Numbered from the stretch's first letter, positions 1-9,684 are shown. The stretch is 39,603 bases of DNA from Parcubacteria group bacterium LiPW_15 (GCA_007375645.1 VMER01000004.1:1-39603), one strand, 5' to 3'. Numbers and translations are program-made. Notes: generated by a model not told the origin, from the letters alone.

Positions 1-114
1 GAGGAGATTATTCAGAACCGAGGGTTTTGAAAAGCGAAGCGCGTGAAACTCCCTGTAGCGCCCACAGAGATGAAATATCGGCCTTAGGTCGATATTTTTC
101 TTTATATTACAAGT

Positions 115-330
115 TTACTCCAGTCCTCGAAGATCAAGCTTCCTTGCCTCTTCTAGATGAAACTTTAACGCCCCGTTGGTCGCAGGCGGCGGCGATATGG
201 CTTTGGAAAAGTTTTCCGCTATTATCCCGGTGGTATCCACAAAAAACCAGATCAACAATCCGGCGAAAAGAAAGGCAATCACGATAAGCAGCTGATCAAT
301 ATATTGTTTTACGAACCTGCTTAATTTCAT
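115..330 (-). CDS. Small single-TM membrane protein, probably part of a type IV pilus assembly cluster
   Basis: 71-aa ORF with an N-terminal hydrophobic helix; overlaps the stop of the upstream pilO-like gene by 4 nt. Confidence 0.55.
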   Translation of the reverse strand: MKLSRFVKQYIDQLLIVIAFLFAGLLIWFFVDTTGIIAENFSKAISPPPATNGALKFHLEEARKLDLRGLE

Positions 331-860
331 TGGAAAAATGCTCGCCCTTGCAGAACCAAATGATAGTTTCCTTCGCCGACTTGCGAAAGGTCAAAAGTAT
401 CAATACTTATTATATATCTGGTCGCCTTCGGCTCTATGTCGTTTAAGAACAACAGAAGGTTTTCCAGTTTTCCACTGGAATCCAAAGAAAAAGCGGCTAT
501 TCCGGCCGCATTCGTTTGCGGCAGGATCGGCACTCCGCGGAAAGAAAAACTGAAGGTCACGGCATGGGCCGAAGCCGAAGACTGTAATGCCTGCGGCAAA
601 TTCAGGAGCTGCTCCTGCATCGGAAGAAGCGAGTTCATTTTTTGCGCATAAAGACTGACCTCCTGGCTGGATTTCTTTATGTCCGCAAGATTAGAAATAA
701 GCTCCGCACGTCTTAAAAGAAATACTTTGGAGGCGGCGATGTTAGTGCTCAACTCGGAAATAGCCCCGGAAAACAACGCGGAACCCACAAAAAATAGCGT
801 TATGGTGCCGACAATTATGCAGATTCCGACAATGACATCTTTTCTAAAACTTTTTTCCAT
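327..860 (-). CDS. PilO-like type IV pilus assembly protein
   Basis: N-terminal TM, coiled coil, then 'LLP...LPQALQSSA' and C-terminal 'G.LENLLLFLNDIE...I.IDTFDL' pattern resembling the PilO/GspM fold. Confidence 0.6.
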   Translation of the reverse strand: MEKSFRKDVIVGICIIVGTITLFFVGSALFSGAISELSTNIAASKVFLLRRAELISNLADIKKSSQEVSLYAQKMNSLLPMQEQLLNLPQALQSSASAHAVTFSFSFRGVPILPQTNAAGIAAFSLDSSGKLENLLLFLNDIEPKATRYIISIDTFDLSQVGEGNYHLVLQGRAFFQ

Positions 861-933
861 CTACATACAAATTATATCACACGCGGGTTGTGCTGGCAGA
901 CCAAGATTTTTTAATGTAAATTAATAAGTAATA

Positions 934-1944
934 GTGAAAAACGAAAAGATTTTTTACAATGCGGTTGCCAACATCCTGGGAGGTGATTATAAAAAAATCA
1001 ACCGTCTTTTTACTTCCAAGGGCACTTGGGAAAATTCCTTTAAGAGTCTTGGAAAAAACGATGAACTTCCGCAAAACCTGTGGCGGCAGCTCGAATCTCT
1101 CGGCGTTGGTCTGGTATTAAAAGGCGAGCGGGACTATCCTGCCTTACTCGGCGAAATTCCCCTGCCTCCCTTCGGCATATATTTCTTAGGAAATATTCCA
1201 AAAGTGGATGAGATTTCTTTGGCCATAGTCGGCACTCGAAAAGTAACGCCCGACGGCGAAGATCTGGCCCATGAATTCGCGAAGATCCTGGCCGGCAGAA
1301 ATATCAATATAATAAGCGGTTTGGCTTTCGGAGTAGATTCCGCCGCCCACCGAGGTGCGCTGACCGCGGGGCGCACATGCGCGGTCCTGGCGACCGCGGT
1401 AGATAACCCGACACCTGCCACAAATAAACGACTGGCTGAGGAAATTTTGGCTAAAGGCGGGGCGCTCATCTCCGAATACCCTCCTGGCTCGCCCGCTTTT
1501 GCCCATCGGTTTCTCGAAAGAAATAGGATCGTAAGCGGACTATGCCGCGCAGTTATATTGATCGAAGCGCCGGAGCGTTCCGGAAGTCTCGCTACCGCGC
1601 GCTTTGCGATGGAACAGAACCGGGATGTTTTTGTCGTACCGGGACCGGCTGTGCATCGCAACTATAAGGGCTCTCATGCTTTAATTAGGGAAGGTGCCAG
1701 GCTTGCGACATCCGCGGCGGAGGTGCTTGAAGATCTGGGATTTTCTCAAAAGAAAATTTCGCTCTTTGAGGGAACGCCGGAAGAGCAAACTGTCCTTGCG
1801 ACAATAACCGATCTTCCAAACGCCGGATTTGACGAAATCGCGGAAACGGTTAAACTGGACCCCGCGCTCTTGAGCCAGATACTGAATTCTCTGCTCATCG
1901 CGGAACAAATAGAAGAAACGCCAAATGGCTACAAAATCATCTAA
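934..1944 (+). CDS. dprA: DNA-protecting protein DprA
   Basis: Motifs AIVGTRK, ISGLAFGVD.AAH, SEYPPG, F..RNRIVSGL, SGSL.TA, plus a C-terminal winged helix; upstream of topA as usual. Confidence 0.95.
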   Translation: MKNEKIFYNAVANILGGDYKKINRLFTSKGTWENSFKSLGKNDELPQNLWRQLESLGVGLVLKGERDYPALLGEIPLPPFGIYFLGNIPKVDEISLAIVGTRKVTPDGEDLAHEFAKILAGRNINIISGLAFGVDSAAHRGALTAGRTCAVLATAVDNPTPATNKRLAEEILAKGGALISEYPPGSPAFAHRFLERNRIVSGLCRAVILIEAPERSGSLATARFAMEQNRDVFVVPGPAVHRNYKGSHALIREGARLATSAAEVLEDLGFSQKKISLFEGTPEEQTVLATITDLPNAGFDEIAETVKLDPALLSQILNSLLIAEQIEETPNGYKII

Positions 1945-4174
1945 GACATTAGTTATCGTGGAGTCCCCCACCAAAGCCAAAACCATCGGTTCGTTTTTGG
2001 GTTCCGAATATATAGTGGAATCTTCCATGGGACATGTCCGTGATCTGCCCAAAAGCAAGATAGGCATAGATGTAAAACACGATTTCACTCCGCAGTACGT
2101 GATTCCAAAAAAAGCGGCTGAACACGTCGCGGAGCTTAAAAAGCTCGCCTCCAAAGCCGCGGAAATAATACTGGCAAGCGATGAAGACCGTGAAGGAGAA
2201 GCTATCGCCTGGCATATCGCCGAACTTTTTAAAGAGTCCGGCTCGGTCAAAGATCCGGAGAAATTGAAGCGCATCGTTTTTCACGAAATAACAAAGAAGG
2301 CCATTGCCGAAGCTATTGAAAACCCGAGGCGCCTGGATATGAACCTGGTTAATGCCCAGCAAGCGAGAAGAATCTTAGACAGGCTTGTCGGCTACGAACT
2401 CTCCCCTTTTCTTTGGAGAAAAATACGCTACGGACTTTCCGCCGGCCGAGTGCAAAGCGTCGCGGTGCGTCTTGTGGTGGAACGCGAACGCGAGATACAA
2501 AATTTTAAAAGCGACGAATACTGGTCTATCGAAGGACTTTTCGAAAAGAAAAAGAGTCAGACCTTTGCCGCGAAGTTGAACACCGCTCACGGCAAGCCCG
2601 TCGGCAAAATGGACATCCACTCCGAAACGGAGGCAAAGGAAATACTTTCCGCGCTCAAGGGCGCCGAATATTCGATCGGAGAAGTATCCACCAAACAAAT
2701 AAACCGCAATCCCTCCGCGCCGTTTACGACCTCCACCCTGCAGCAAGAGGCGGCGAGAAAATTAGGATTCAGCGCCAAGCAGACCATGGTCCTGGCGCAA
2801 AAGCTTTACGAAAAAGGCTACATCACCTATATGCGCACGGATAGCTTGAATCTTTCCGCTTCTTCACTCGAACAAGCCCGCGAAGTTATAACTTCCGAGT
2901 TCGGCAAGCAATACGCGCTCGAGACCCCGAGGTCTTTCACCAATCGCTCCAAGGGAGCACAAGAAGCTCATGAAGCTATCCGCCCGACCGATCTTTCAAA
3001 GAAGATCGGGAATGCCGGCTTCCGGCTGGAAGACCGCGGAGAACAAAAACTATATGACCTTATCTGGAAACGAACCCTCGCCTCGCAGATGCAGCCCGCA
3101 CTCGTGGAACAAACCGCGGCAGATGTTGAAACTGCTGACAAGAAATTTGTTTTCCGCGCCAATGGCCAAACCATAGTTTTTGATGGTTTTATCCGGGTCT
3201 ATACCGAAGGAAACGACGATCAGGCCGAGGATGAGGCTAACACCCTGCCGCCTCTTTCGTCCGGCGACAAAATCTCCGCCAACGAAATAAAACCCTATCA
3301 GCACTTTACCGAACCGCCGGCCAGATATACGGACGCGACTCTCGTTAAAACTCTGGAAGCCGCCGGCGTGGGACGCCCCTCTACTTATGCTCCAACCCTC
3401 TCCACTATCCAGGAACGGGAATACGTGGAAAAAATTGATAAAAAATATCAACCGACCGAAATAGGAATTCTCGTGAACGACATGCTAGTCGAAAATTTTC
3501 CGGAAATTGTGGATATAAATTTCACCTCCCATGTGGAAGAAGAATTCGACAGTATTGCCGAAGGAAATATCGAATGGGTAAAAGTCTTGAAAGAATTTTA
3601 TGTACCCTTCAAAAAACATCTGGACGAGAAAGAGGCATCTGTCGAGAAACAAATTGAAGTCTCCGAGACTCCGTGCCCGCACTGCGGAAAACCGATGCTC
3701 ATAAAATTTGGCCGGATGGGAAAATTTCTGGCTTGTCCGGAACCCGGAAGCAAGGTAACCCAGCCACTGCCGGAGGAAGCAGCAAAAATAAAAGAGCTCC
3801 AAGAAAAAACCGAAGGCGAACTTTGTCCGATTTGCGGAAAACCGATGGAAGTAAAGCGCGGACGTTTCGGATTTTTCTTGGGCTGTTCGGATTATCCGAA
3901 GTGCAAAGGTATCTCCAAAATTTGGAATAAAACCGGATTTAAATGTCCGAATTGCCTTGCGGCGCCGGAAAGAGCCGACAAACCGGGCGATATCGTGGAA
4001 AAGAGAGGCCGCGGCCGCGGCAAACCGTTTTATGCCTGCACCCGCTATCCGGACTGCACTTTTGTGATGAACAAGAAACCGGAAACCCAAGCCGAACTTG
4101 ACGAAGGATATAAATATTGGAAAGCGAACCCTCCGAAGCCTTCGCGTTTCAAAAAAAAGCCGGAAGGAAAGTAA
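1925..4174 (+). CDS. topA: DNA topoisomerase I with C-terminal zinc ribbons
   Basis: LVIVESPTKAKTI, DEDREGEAIAWH, SAGRVQS, ITYMRTDS (catalytic Tyr) and three CPxC zinc-ribbon repeats. Confidence 0.97.
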   Translation: MATKSSKTLVIVESPTKAKTIGSFLGSEYIVESSMGHVRDLPKSKIGIDVKHDFTPQYVIPKKAAEHVAELKKLASKAAEIILASDEDREGEAIAWHIAELFKESGSVKDPEKLKRIVFHEITKKAIAEAIENPRRLDMNLVNAQQARRILDRLVGYELSPFLWRKIRYGLSAGRVQSVAVRLVVEREREIQNFKSDEYWSIEGLFEKKKSQTFAAKLNTAHGKPVGKMDIHSETEAKEILSALKGAEYSIGEVSTKQINRNPSAPFTTSTLQQEAARKLGFSAKQTMVLAQKLYEKGYITYMRTDSLNLSASSLEQAREVITSEFGKQYALETPRSFTNRSKGAQEAHEAIRPTDLSKKIGNAGFRLEDRGEQKLYDLIWKRTLASQMQPALVEQTAADVETADKKFVFRANGQTIVFDGFIRVYTEGNDDQAEDEANTLPPLSSGDKISANEIKPYQHFTEPPARYTDATLVKTLEAAGVGRPSTYAPTLSTIQEREYVEKIDKKYQPTEIGILVNDMLVENFPEIVDINFTSHVEEEFDSIAEGNIEWVKVLKEFYVPFKKHLDEKEASVEKQIEVSETPCPHCGKPMLIKFGRMGKFLACPEPGSKVTQPLPEEAAKIKELQEKTEGELCPICGKPMEVKRGRFGFFLGCSDYPKCKGISKIWNKTGFKCPNCLAAPERADKPGDIVEKRGRGRGKPFYACTRYPDCTFVMNKKPETQAELDEGYKYWKANPPKPSRFKKKPEGK

Positions 4175-4238
4175 TCCCTCCGCCCCCCTGGGTTATCTTT
4201 GCTAAAAAAAGCGTGCGGTTCTATCATAACCACACAAG

Positions 4239-5948
4239 ATGACTGTTAAAGAGACAGTAAAATCTGAGCCCCAAGGTCAGATAGCGAAAGCTTATAAGTT
4301 CGCCGAAATTGCGCACTCCAAACAAAAACGCCGAACCGGCGAACCATACTTCGTTCACGTCTTAGCTACCGCGGAGATATTGAACTCTTGGCATCTGGAC
4401 GAAGCGACCATCGTCGCCGGACTTCTTCACGACACGGTGGAAGACACCGGCACCACTTCGGAAACTATAACTCAAGAGTTCGGCGACCAGGTAACTTTTT
4501 TGGTAAACGGAGTGACCAAGCTCGGCAAAATTAAATATCGAGGAGCGGAAGCCGAGGCCAAAGCGGAAAATCTCAGGAAAATGATATTGGCCATTTCCGA
4601 AGATCTGCGCGTGGTTTTCATCAAACTTGCCGACAGACTTCACAATATGCGCACCCTCTCTGCTCTTCCTCCGCAAAAACAAAGGCGCATTGCTTTGGAG
4701 ACCCACGAAATCTATGCGCCCTTGGCCTATCGGCTCGGTATGCAAAATATTTCCGGCGAACTTCAGGATTTGGCATTCCCCTATCTCTATCCGGAAGAAT
4801 ATCGCTGGCTCAAAGCCCAGGTGGCGGAAGCATATGAAGCGCGCCTCAAATATTTGGAGAAACTTAAACCCGTAGTGCAAAAAGCCTTGGAGGATAAGGG
4901 TATCCGTTCCGCGACCATAGACTTTCGGGCAAAACGTTATTCCAGCCTTTATAAAAAACTTTTGCGCCAGAGCATGGATGTGGAAAATATTTATGACCTC
5001 GTCGCAATGAGGCTAATACTCAAAAACCAAGAAGCCTGCTATGGGGCGCTCGGCATAATCCACTCTATGTGGCCACCGCTCCCGGGACGCATCAAAGACT
5101 ATATCGCCATGCCCAAGCCGAACGGCTACCGGTCGCTTCACACCACGGTCATCGGACCGGAAAAGAAAATCGTGGAGTTCCAGATCCGCACCGAAGAGAT
5201 GCACGACGAAGCGGAACACGGCGTAGCCGCACACTGGATATATAAGGCGCATGGCGGAGCTAACCCAACCCAACAAAAACGAGTTTTCGATGAGGCCAAG
5301 TGGGTGGAACAACTAAGGCGCTGGCAGGAACATCATGCCGGCACGAACCCGGACGAATTTTTGGAGTCGCTGAAGGTAGATTTCTTCAGAGACAGAATAT
5401 TCGTCATCACTCCACGCGGGGAGGTTCTGGATCTGCCGGTCGGTTCCACGCCGATAGATTTTGCCTATGAGATACACTCCGAAGTCGGCGACACTGCAGT
5501 GGGAGCAAAAGTGAATAACCAGATCGTACCGTTGAGCCACGAACTTCGCTCCGGAGATTTTGTGGAAATTCTTACCCAAAAAAATAAGAAGCCGTCCGAA
5601 GATTGGCTAACCTTTGTAAAAACCTCCAACGCCAAGGATCACGTGCGAATCGCGCTCCGAAAGAAACAAACGGGCCTCCGAAAAATGGCGCCCTTAAAAT
5701 CCGAAATAAAGATGGTCACCAAAGACCGGGTGGGTCTTATAAAAGACATTGCGGTCGTCATCGCCCGTTCGCACGTAAACCTTGAAGGTCTTACAACCGC
5801 GCTTGTTCCCGGCGGTAATTTTCAATCCATTAAAGCTGTCTGCGACACTGCGGACAAACAAAAAATCGAGCGCTTGATCCTGAAATTAAAAGCGATAAAG
5901 GAGATTAAGGAAATAAGCTATCGTCTTCTTGAGCACCAAGCCGCCTAA
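4239..5948 (+). CDS. rel: RelA/SpoT family (p)ppGpp synthetase/hydrolase (HD-SYNTH-TGS-ACT)
   Basis: GEPY..H, LLHDTVEDT, IKLADRLHNMRTL, KDYIA.PKPNGY.SLHT, EFQIRT, TGS (TPIDFAY.IH) and C-terminal ACT (DRVGLIKDI). Confidence 0.93.
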   Translation: MTVKETVKSEPQGQIAKAYKFAEIAHSKQKRRTGEPYFVHVLATAEILNSWHLDEATIVAGLLHDTVEDTGTTSETITQEFGDQVTFLVNGVTKLGKIKYRGAEAEAKAENLRKMILAISEDLRVVFIKLADRLHNMRTLSALPPQKQRRIALETHEIYAPLAYRLGMQNISGELQDLAFPYLYPEEYRWLKAQVAEAYEARLKYLEKLKPVVQKALEDKGIRSATIDFRAKRYSSLYKKLLRQSMDVENIYDLVAMRLILKNQEACYGALGIIHSMWPPLPGRIKDYIAMPKPNGYRSLHTTVIGPEKKIVEFQIRTEEMHDEAEHGVAAHWIYKAHGGANPTQQKRVFDEAKWVEQLRRWQEHHAGTNPDEFLESLKVDFFRDRIFVITPRGEVLDLPVGSTPIDFAYEIHSEVGDTAVGAKVNNQIVPLSHELRSGDFVEILTQKNKKPSEDWLTFVKTSNAKDHVRIALRKKQTGLRKMAPLKSEIKMVTKDRVGLIKDIAVVIARSHVNLEGLTTALVPGGNFQSIKAVCDTADKQKIERLILKLKAIKEIKEISYRLLEHQAA

Positions 5949-7134
5949 GAAGGCCGATGAGTTCTTCCTTGGAATAAAAGGCGATGGTAATTTTTCCCGC
6001 GCCGCGGCTTTCTCGAATTGCAACCGGAGCGCCGAGTTCGGAAGCTAAACGTTCTTCGGCCATTTTAATTTCTGCGGGCATTTCCGCTTTGGCCTTTTGT
6101 TCTTCTTTGGCGTGGCTATAATTTGTAGCCTCCATTTTTAACTCCCTGGTAGTCAGCTTGTTTGCCAGTAAGTCCCTAAAAAGCTTTTTCTGAAGTGCGG
6201 CGTCATCAATCGTCAAAAGCAGCCTGCCGTGGCTTTCCGTAAGCTGTCCCTTTTCGATGGCTTCTTGAATAGGACTCGGAAGGTCTAGAAGGCGCAGAGT
6301 ATTCGCAACCGTCTCCCGGCTCTTCCCAAGCCTCGCGGCTACTTCCCTTTGGGTTAGGCGAAACTCGTCTTGAAGCCGCGCGTAAGCGCGGGCCATTTCC
6401 AACGGGTTAAGATTTTCGCGCTGAAGATTTTCAATTATCGCGAGCTCCAATCTCTCCCTCTCTAAACGCATATTGCGGATTATGGCGGGGATGGTTTCCA
6501 TACCCAAAAGCTTCGTGGCCATCAATCGCCTTTCTCCGGCAATCAGCTCATATTCCACCTCGGTGCCTGTTTCCGTGTCTTTCTCGATCTTTGAAACGAC
6601 TATCGGCTGCAGTAAGCCGAACTCCCGGATGGATGCAGCAAGTTCGCGGAGCGCGTCTTCATCAAAATTTTTGCGCGGTTGGTCCGGATTCGGATGAATT
6701 TTTGCTACTTCAATGTAATATATCGCCTCGCCGGTTTTTTTCGGTTCGTTTTCTTTTTTAAAATGCTGGACAGGTTTTTGAACTGCCGGTTCCGGTTTCT
6801 TTTCCGCGATTACAGGTCTGCCTTCGGGTTCGAGCTTTTTTTCGACTATGGGCTCAAGAACCATAAAATTTTTAACCGGTTCCGTTTTTATCGATTCACC
6901 TATTGAAGGGACTTCCTCCTCCTCCCAGATCGGTGCGATCCTTGCGGGAGGCGCGGTAAACACCCGAGCAGGCTCCTGCCTGCCGGCAGGCAGGTCTTCC
7001 GCCGGACCCATGGGGAGGTCCAAAACCGCATCATCGGGCGGTAGAACAGTCGGAGGTGGCGCATCGTCTGCTTTGCGCTGTTGGCTTTTTGGTATTAGAG
7101 ACTCAAGTCCCCGGCCCAAGGGATTTACGCTCAT
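5905..7134 (-). CDS. parB: ParB/Spo0J chromosome partitioning protein with long Pro/Glu-rich N-terminal linker
   Basis: LGRGL N-terminal peptide, PNPDQPRK.F, GLLQPI, LIAGERR, ENLQRENL, HTH; overlaps the rel 3' end convergently by 44 nt. Confidence 0.95.
   Translation of the reverse strand: MSVNPLGRGLESLIPKSQQRKADDAPPPTVLPPDDAVLDLPMGPAEDLPAGRQEPARVFTAPPARIAPIWEEEEVPSIGESIKTEPVKNFMVLEPIVEKKLEPEGRPVIAEKKPEPAVQKPVQHFKKENEPKKTGEAIYYIEVAKIHPNPDQPRKNFDEDALRELAASIREFGLLQPIVVSKIEKDTETGTEVEYELIAGERRLMATKLLGMETIPAIIRNMRLERERLELAIIENLQRENLNPLEMARAYARLQDEFRLTQREVAARLGKSRETVANTLRLLDLPSPIQEAIEKGQLTESHGRLLLTIDDAALQKKLFRDLLANKLTTRELKMEATNYSHAKEEQKAKAEMPAEIKMAEERLASELGAPVAIRESRGAGKITIAFYSKEELIGLLRRLGAQEDDSLFP
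6975..6994. repeat. 20-bp perfect palindrome CCTGCCTGCCGGCAGGCAGG, inside parB, encoding LPAGRQ
   Basis: Identical copy at 9430-9449 and a variant at 8733-8751. Confidence 0.85.
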
Positions 7135-7181
7135 GCTGGTTTTTTGGTAGGAGTGCAGCGACTATTTAAAAAAACCAAAGC

Positions 7182-7437
7182 ACCCCGCCCTCTATGCGTT
7201 AATTCGTTTTTTGAGGGACCTCCAAGCGCCGCTATATTGTTTGATTTTCCGCTCTCTATCTCTAGCTCCTTTTTCCGACACATATGCTTCATAATAAATC
7301 AATTTCCAATTATTGTCATCGCGCAAATGTTCTGCGGTCCTCCGCTTCAAATCATTAGTGTAGCCAAAATATATACCTTCTTTTTTGCTGGTCTTCTGCA
7401 AAACATAGAAATAAAACATTTGCCGTGAGGGCGGGGT
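7182..7437. mobile_element. Putative mini-cassette: GIY-YIG gene bracketed by 11-bp inverted repeats
   Basis: ACCCCGCCCTC (7182-7192) and GAGGGCGGGGT (7427-7437) are exact reverse complements tightly flanking the ORF, which separates parA from parB. Confidence 0.45.
7192..7419 (-). CDS. Small GIY-YIG nuclease family protein
   Basis: YFYVL...IYFGYTNDLKRR..EH, W.LIYYEAY, A..RE..IK: a stand-alone GIY-YIG signature in 75 aa. Confidence 0.88.
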   Translation of the reverse strand: MFYFYVLQKTSKKEGIYFGYTNDLKRRTAEHLRDDNNWKLIYYEAYVSEKGARDRERKIKQYSGAWRSLKKRINA

Positions 7438-7452
7438 TTCGATCTGATTTCA

Positions 7453-8280
7453 TCAGATCTCAATATTAAAGTTTCCGAAGTTTTCGCTCATTGAAGGACG
7501 TTCCGCGACATAATAAGCATTTTCGAGACGCAATATTTCTTTGGCTAGTTTTTCATAGGCTTGGGCCCCGGAAGAATCCGGCCGATATAGCGGAATAGGC
7601 TTACCGAAACTTGGAGCTTCGGCCAAAGCAACACTCCTCGGGATCTCCGTATCAAAAACAGTATGCGGGAAATAACGGCGCAGATTCTTGGCCACTTCCC
7701 GGCTCAAATGTTCGCGTTTATCAAACATAGTGAGGAGCGCACCTTTGACGGTTATCGGATGATTCAAATTCTCTTTGATCATGTCGATGGTCTCTAGAAG
7801 CTGACCCAAACCTTCCAAGCTATAATATTCCGCCTGCACGGGGATTATTATTTCGTCGCTTGCGGCGAGCGCGTTGATAGTTAAAAGCGTAAGCGAGGGA
7901 GAAAGATCTATAAGAATATAGTCGTATTCGTGGCGAAGTTGAGTCAAAAACTTGCGCAAAAAATACTCGCGGTTTTCGACGCCGACCAATTCCACCAGCG
8001 CTCCGGCAAGATGCGGGGCAGAAGGAATCAGATGGAAGTTATAAACAAGCGAGGGACGGATGAGACTTTTCGGCGGAACCAGATCTAAAATGCCGTGGTA
8101 AACGCTTTCGCTTATGTGAATCGGGCTCACCCCAAGGTGAGAACTCGCATTACCCTGCGGATCAAAATCCACGAGCAAGACCCGCTTGCCCTGAAGCGCC
8201 AAATACGCCCCCAGATTTACGGCTGTCGTGGTTTTTCCTACTCCGCCTTTTGCGTTGCAAACCGCTATAACACGTGCCAT
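7453..8280 (-). CDS. parA: ParA/Soj ATPase
   Basis: KGGVGKTTT deviant Walker A, D.DPQGN, IPVQAEYYSLEGL, LAEAPSFG; start placed at MARVIAV (ATG 8280). Confidence 0.95.
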   Translation of the reverse strand: MARVIAVCNAKGGVGKTTTAVNLGAYLALQGKRVLLVDFDPQGNASSHLGVSPIHISESVYHGILDLVPPKSLIRPSLVYNFHLIPSAPHLAGALVELVGVENREYFLRKFLTQLRHEYDYILIDLSPSLTLLTINALAASDEIIIPVQAEYYSLEGLGQLLETIDMIKENLNHPITVKGALLTMFDKREHLSREVAKNLRRYFPHTVFDTEIPRSVALAEAPSFGKPIPLYRPDSSGAQAYEKLAKEILRLENAYYVAERPSMSENFGNFNIEI

Positions 8281-8334
8281 TTTCTTGATTTTAACCCAGA
8301 AAGCCTCTATCATCAATCAGTAAAGTTTATGAAG

Positions 8335-8417
<83 letters not shown>

Positions 8418-8466
8418 CATAAATAAAAATACGGCCCTTGCGGCTGTTTTTTATTTGCTTAAAAAG

Positions 8467-8495
8467 TTGACAGAAAACCCGGGAAAATATAATCT
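8467..8495 (+). promoter_or_regulatory. Sigma70-type promoter
   Basis: TTGACA at 8467-8472 with TATAAT at 8488-8493 (15-nt spacer) or TAATCT at 8490-8495 (17-nt spacer). Confidence 0.6.
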
Positions 8496-8527
8496 TTGCT
8501 CAGCGGGACATCATCGAGGGCGGAAAC

Positions 8528-8650
8528 GTGAAGTGGGTGCACGTACACCCCTTTGCCAACTGGCTCCACCGCGCCATCCTCGTCTTCGCCGGCAAGCTCG
8601 ACTACTACAACGGCGACATCAACAAGCTCACCCTCGTCCACGCAAGCTGA
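8528..8650 (+). CDS. Putative 40-aa small protein (not in the ORF track)
   Basis: GTG...TGA encoding MKWVHVHPFANWLHRAILVFAGKLDYYNGDINKLTLVHAS; GAGGG upstream, strongly C-ending codons, with a promoter before and a terminator after. Confidence 0.5.
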   Translation: MKWVHVHPFANWLHRAILVFAGKLDYYNGDINKLTLVHAS

Positions 8651-8675
8651 AGACGGCCCTCTCGCCCCACCGCAA

Positions 8676-8705
8676 CCCCGCCGCACCGGCGGGGCCTTTT
8701 TATTT
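8676..8705 (+). terminator. Rho-independent terminator
   Basis: CCCCGCCG-cac-CGGCGGGG followed by CCTTTTTATTT; a second hairpin AAAACCCGCA/TGCGGGTTTT follows. Confidence 0.7.
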
Positions 8706-8743
8706 ACAAAACCCGCATTACTGCGGGTTTTGCCTGCCTGCCG

Positions 8744-9325
8744 TCAGGTAGATATTTCTATAATGTCTATCTCTTCTATTTCCACGATTTTCTCTTTCGG
8801 TTTCACGAGTCTCTCCCAATACGGTTTCAAAAGCTTATGAATAAAAATCGCCGAAAGTGCGCCGACCAACAATCCTCCTAAAATGTCCATTGGCCAGTGC
8901 ACTCCCGCGGCAATGCGCGCGATTCCGACCACGAAGGAGAGGCTCAAGAACCAATAGCCGAACTTTCGATTATAAAGCCAAACAATAAGCCCCAGCGCGA
9001 AAAGAAAAGTCATATGGCCTGACGGAAATGATGCGCCGGACTCCGGGATTAAACTTTGAAACCCAAGCGCTTCAAAAGGCCTCGCGTGATAATAGGCAAA
9101 GCGGATCCACTCCGTTATCAATCCCCTTGCCACTATGGCCGCGATAGAAAGCTCGGCGAATATGAAAAGACGCTTGCGGGAATCCTTGGAAAATAACCAA
9201 ATGATAAGTGCAATGACCAGAAAGTATGTCAGATATTTGGCAAAAAATATTATCCCAGCGTCCAAAATTCCGCTCCGATGAGCGAAGCCCCAAAACAACT
9301 CGAATATCTTTCCGTTTAAATCCAT
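8744..9325 (-). CDS. PAP2 family phosphatase (undecaprenyl-diphosphatase BcrC-like)
   Basis: RP, SFPSGH and RI.AGVHWP.D motifs; multiple TM helices. Confidence 0.9.
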   Translation of the reverse strand: MDLNGKIFELFWGFAHRSGILDAGIIFFAKYLTYFLVIALIIWLFSKDSRKRLFIFAELSIAAIVARGLITEWIRFAYYHARPFEALGFQSLIPESGASFPSGHMTFLFALGLIVWLYNRKFGYWFLSLSFVVGIARIAAGVHWPMDILGGLLVGALSAIFIHKLLKPYWERLVKPKEKIVEIEEIDIIEIST

Positions 9326-9387
9326 GGATTACATTATAAAGGATTTAATATCTTGCATAAAGCTGGGTTAAAAACATTCGACACATA

Positions 9388-9415
9388 CAACAAATGCCCC
9401 TCTGGGCATTTGTTG
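9388..9415. terminator. Hairpin downstream of rpsR, likely terminator
   Basis: CAACAAATGCCC / GGGCATTTGTTG, a 12-bp perfect stem. Confidence 0.5.
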
Positions 9416-9429
9416 ATTCGTGGCATTCG

Positions 9430-9449
9430 CCTGCCTGCCGGCAGGCAGG
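9430..9449. repeat. 20-bp perfect palindrome CCTGCCTGCCGGCAGGCAGG (intergenic copy)
   Basis: Exact match to 6975-6994. Confidence 0.85.
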
Positions 9450-9480
9450 GATGTATTCGTAGATTCGTATCGCGATTGGC

Positions 9481-9684
9481 CTATCTGGAAACGAATGGCA
9501 GAAGGGCCATATGCCTCGCGCGCTTTATGGCTTCGGAAAGCTTCCTTTGATGCTTGGCGCAGATGCCCGTATGCTTAGGATCAATTATCTTCGCCTGGCT
9601 CGAAATAAACCTCCGAACAAGGTCTACCTCCTTGTAATCAACGTCATTAAGATTTTGCGAGCAGAAGAAACACTGTTTGGTCAT
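9481..9684 (-). CDS. rpsR: 30S ribosomal protein S18 (Zn-binding C+ type)
   Basis: CFFC...DYK...KI...TG.CAKHQR.L..AIKRAR..ALLPF. Confidence 0.97.
   Translation of the reverse strand: MTKQCFFCSQNLNDVDYKEVDLVRRFISSQAKIIDPKHTGICAKHQRKLSEAIKRARHMALLPFVSR

Noticed and set aside
8455-8840. ORF-track ORFs 8455-8751, 8459-8686 and 8553-8840
   Set aside because: They cross the promoter or terminator and look like off-frame readings; the 8528-8650 frame fits the signals and codon bias better.
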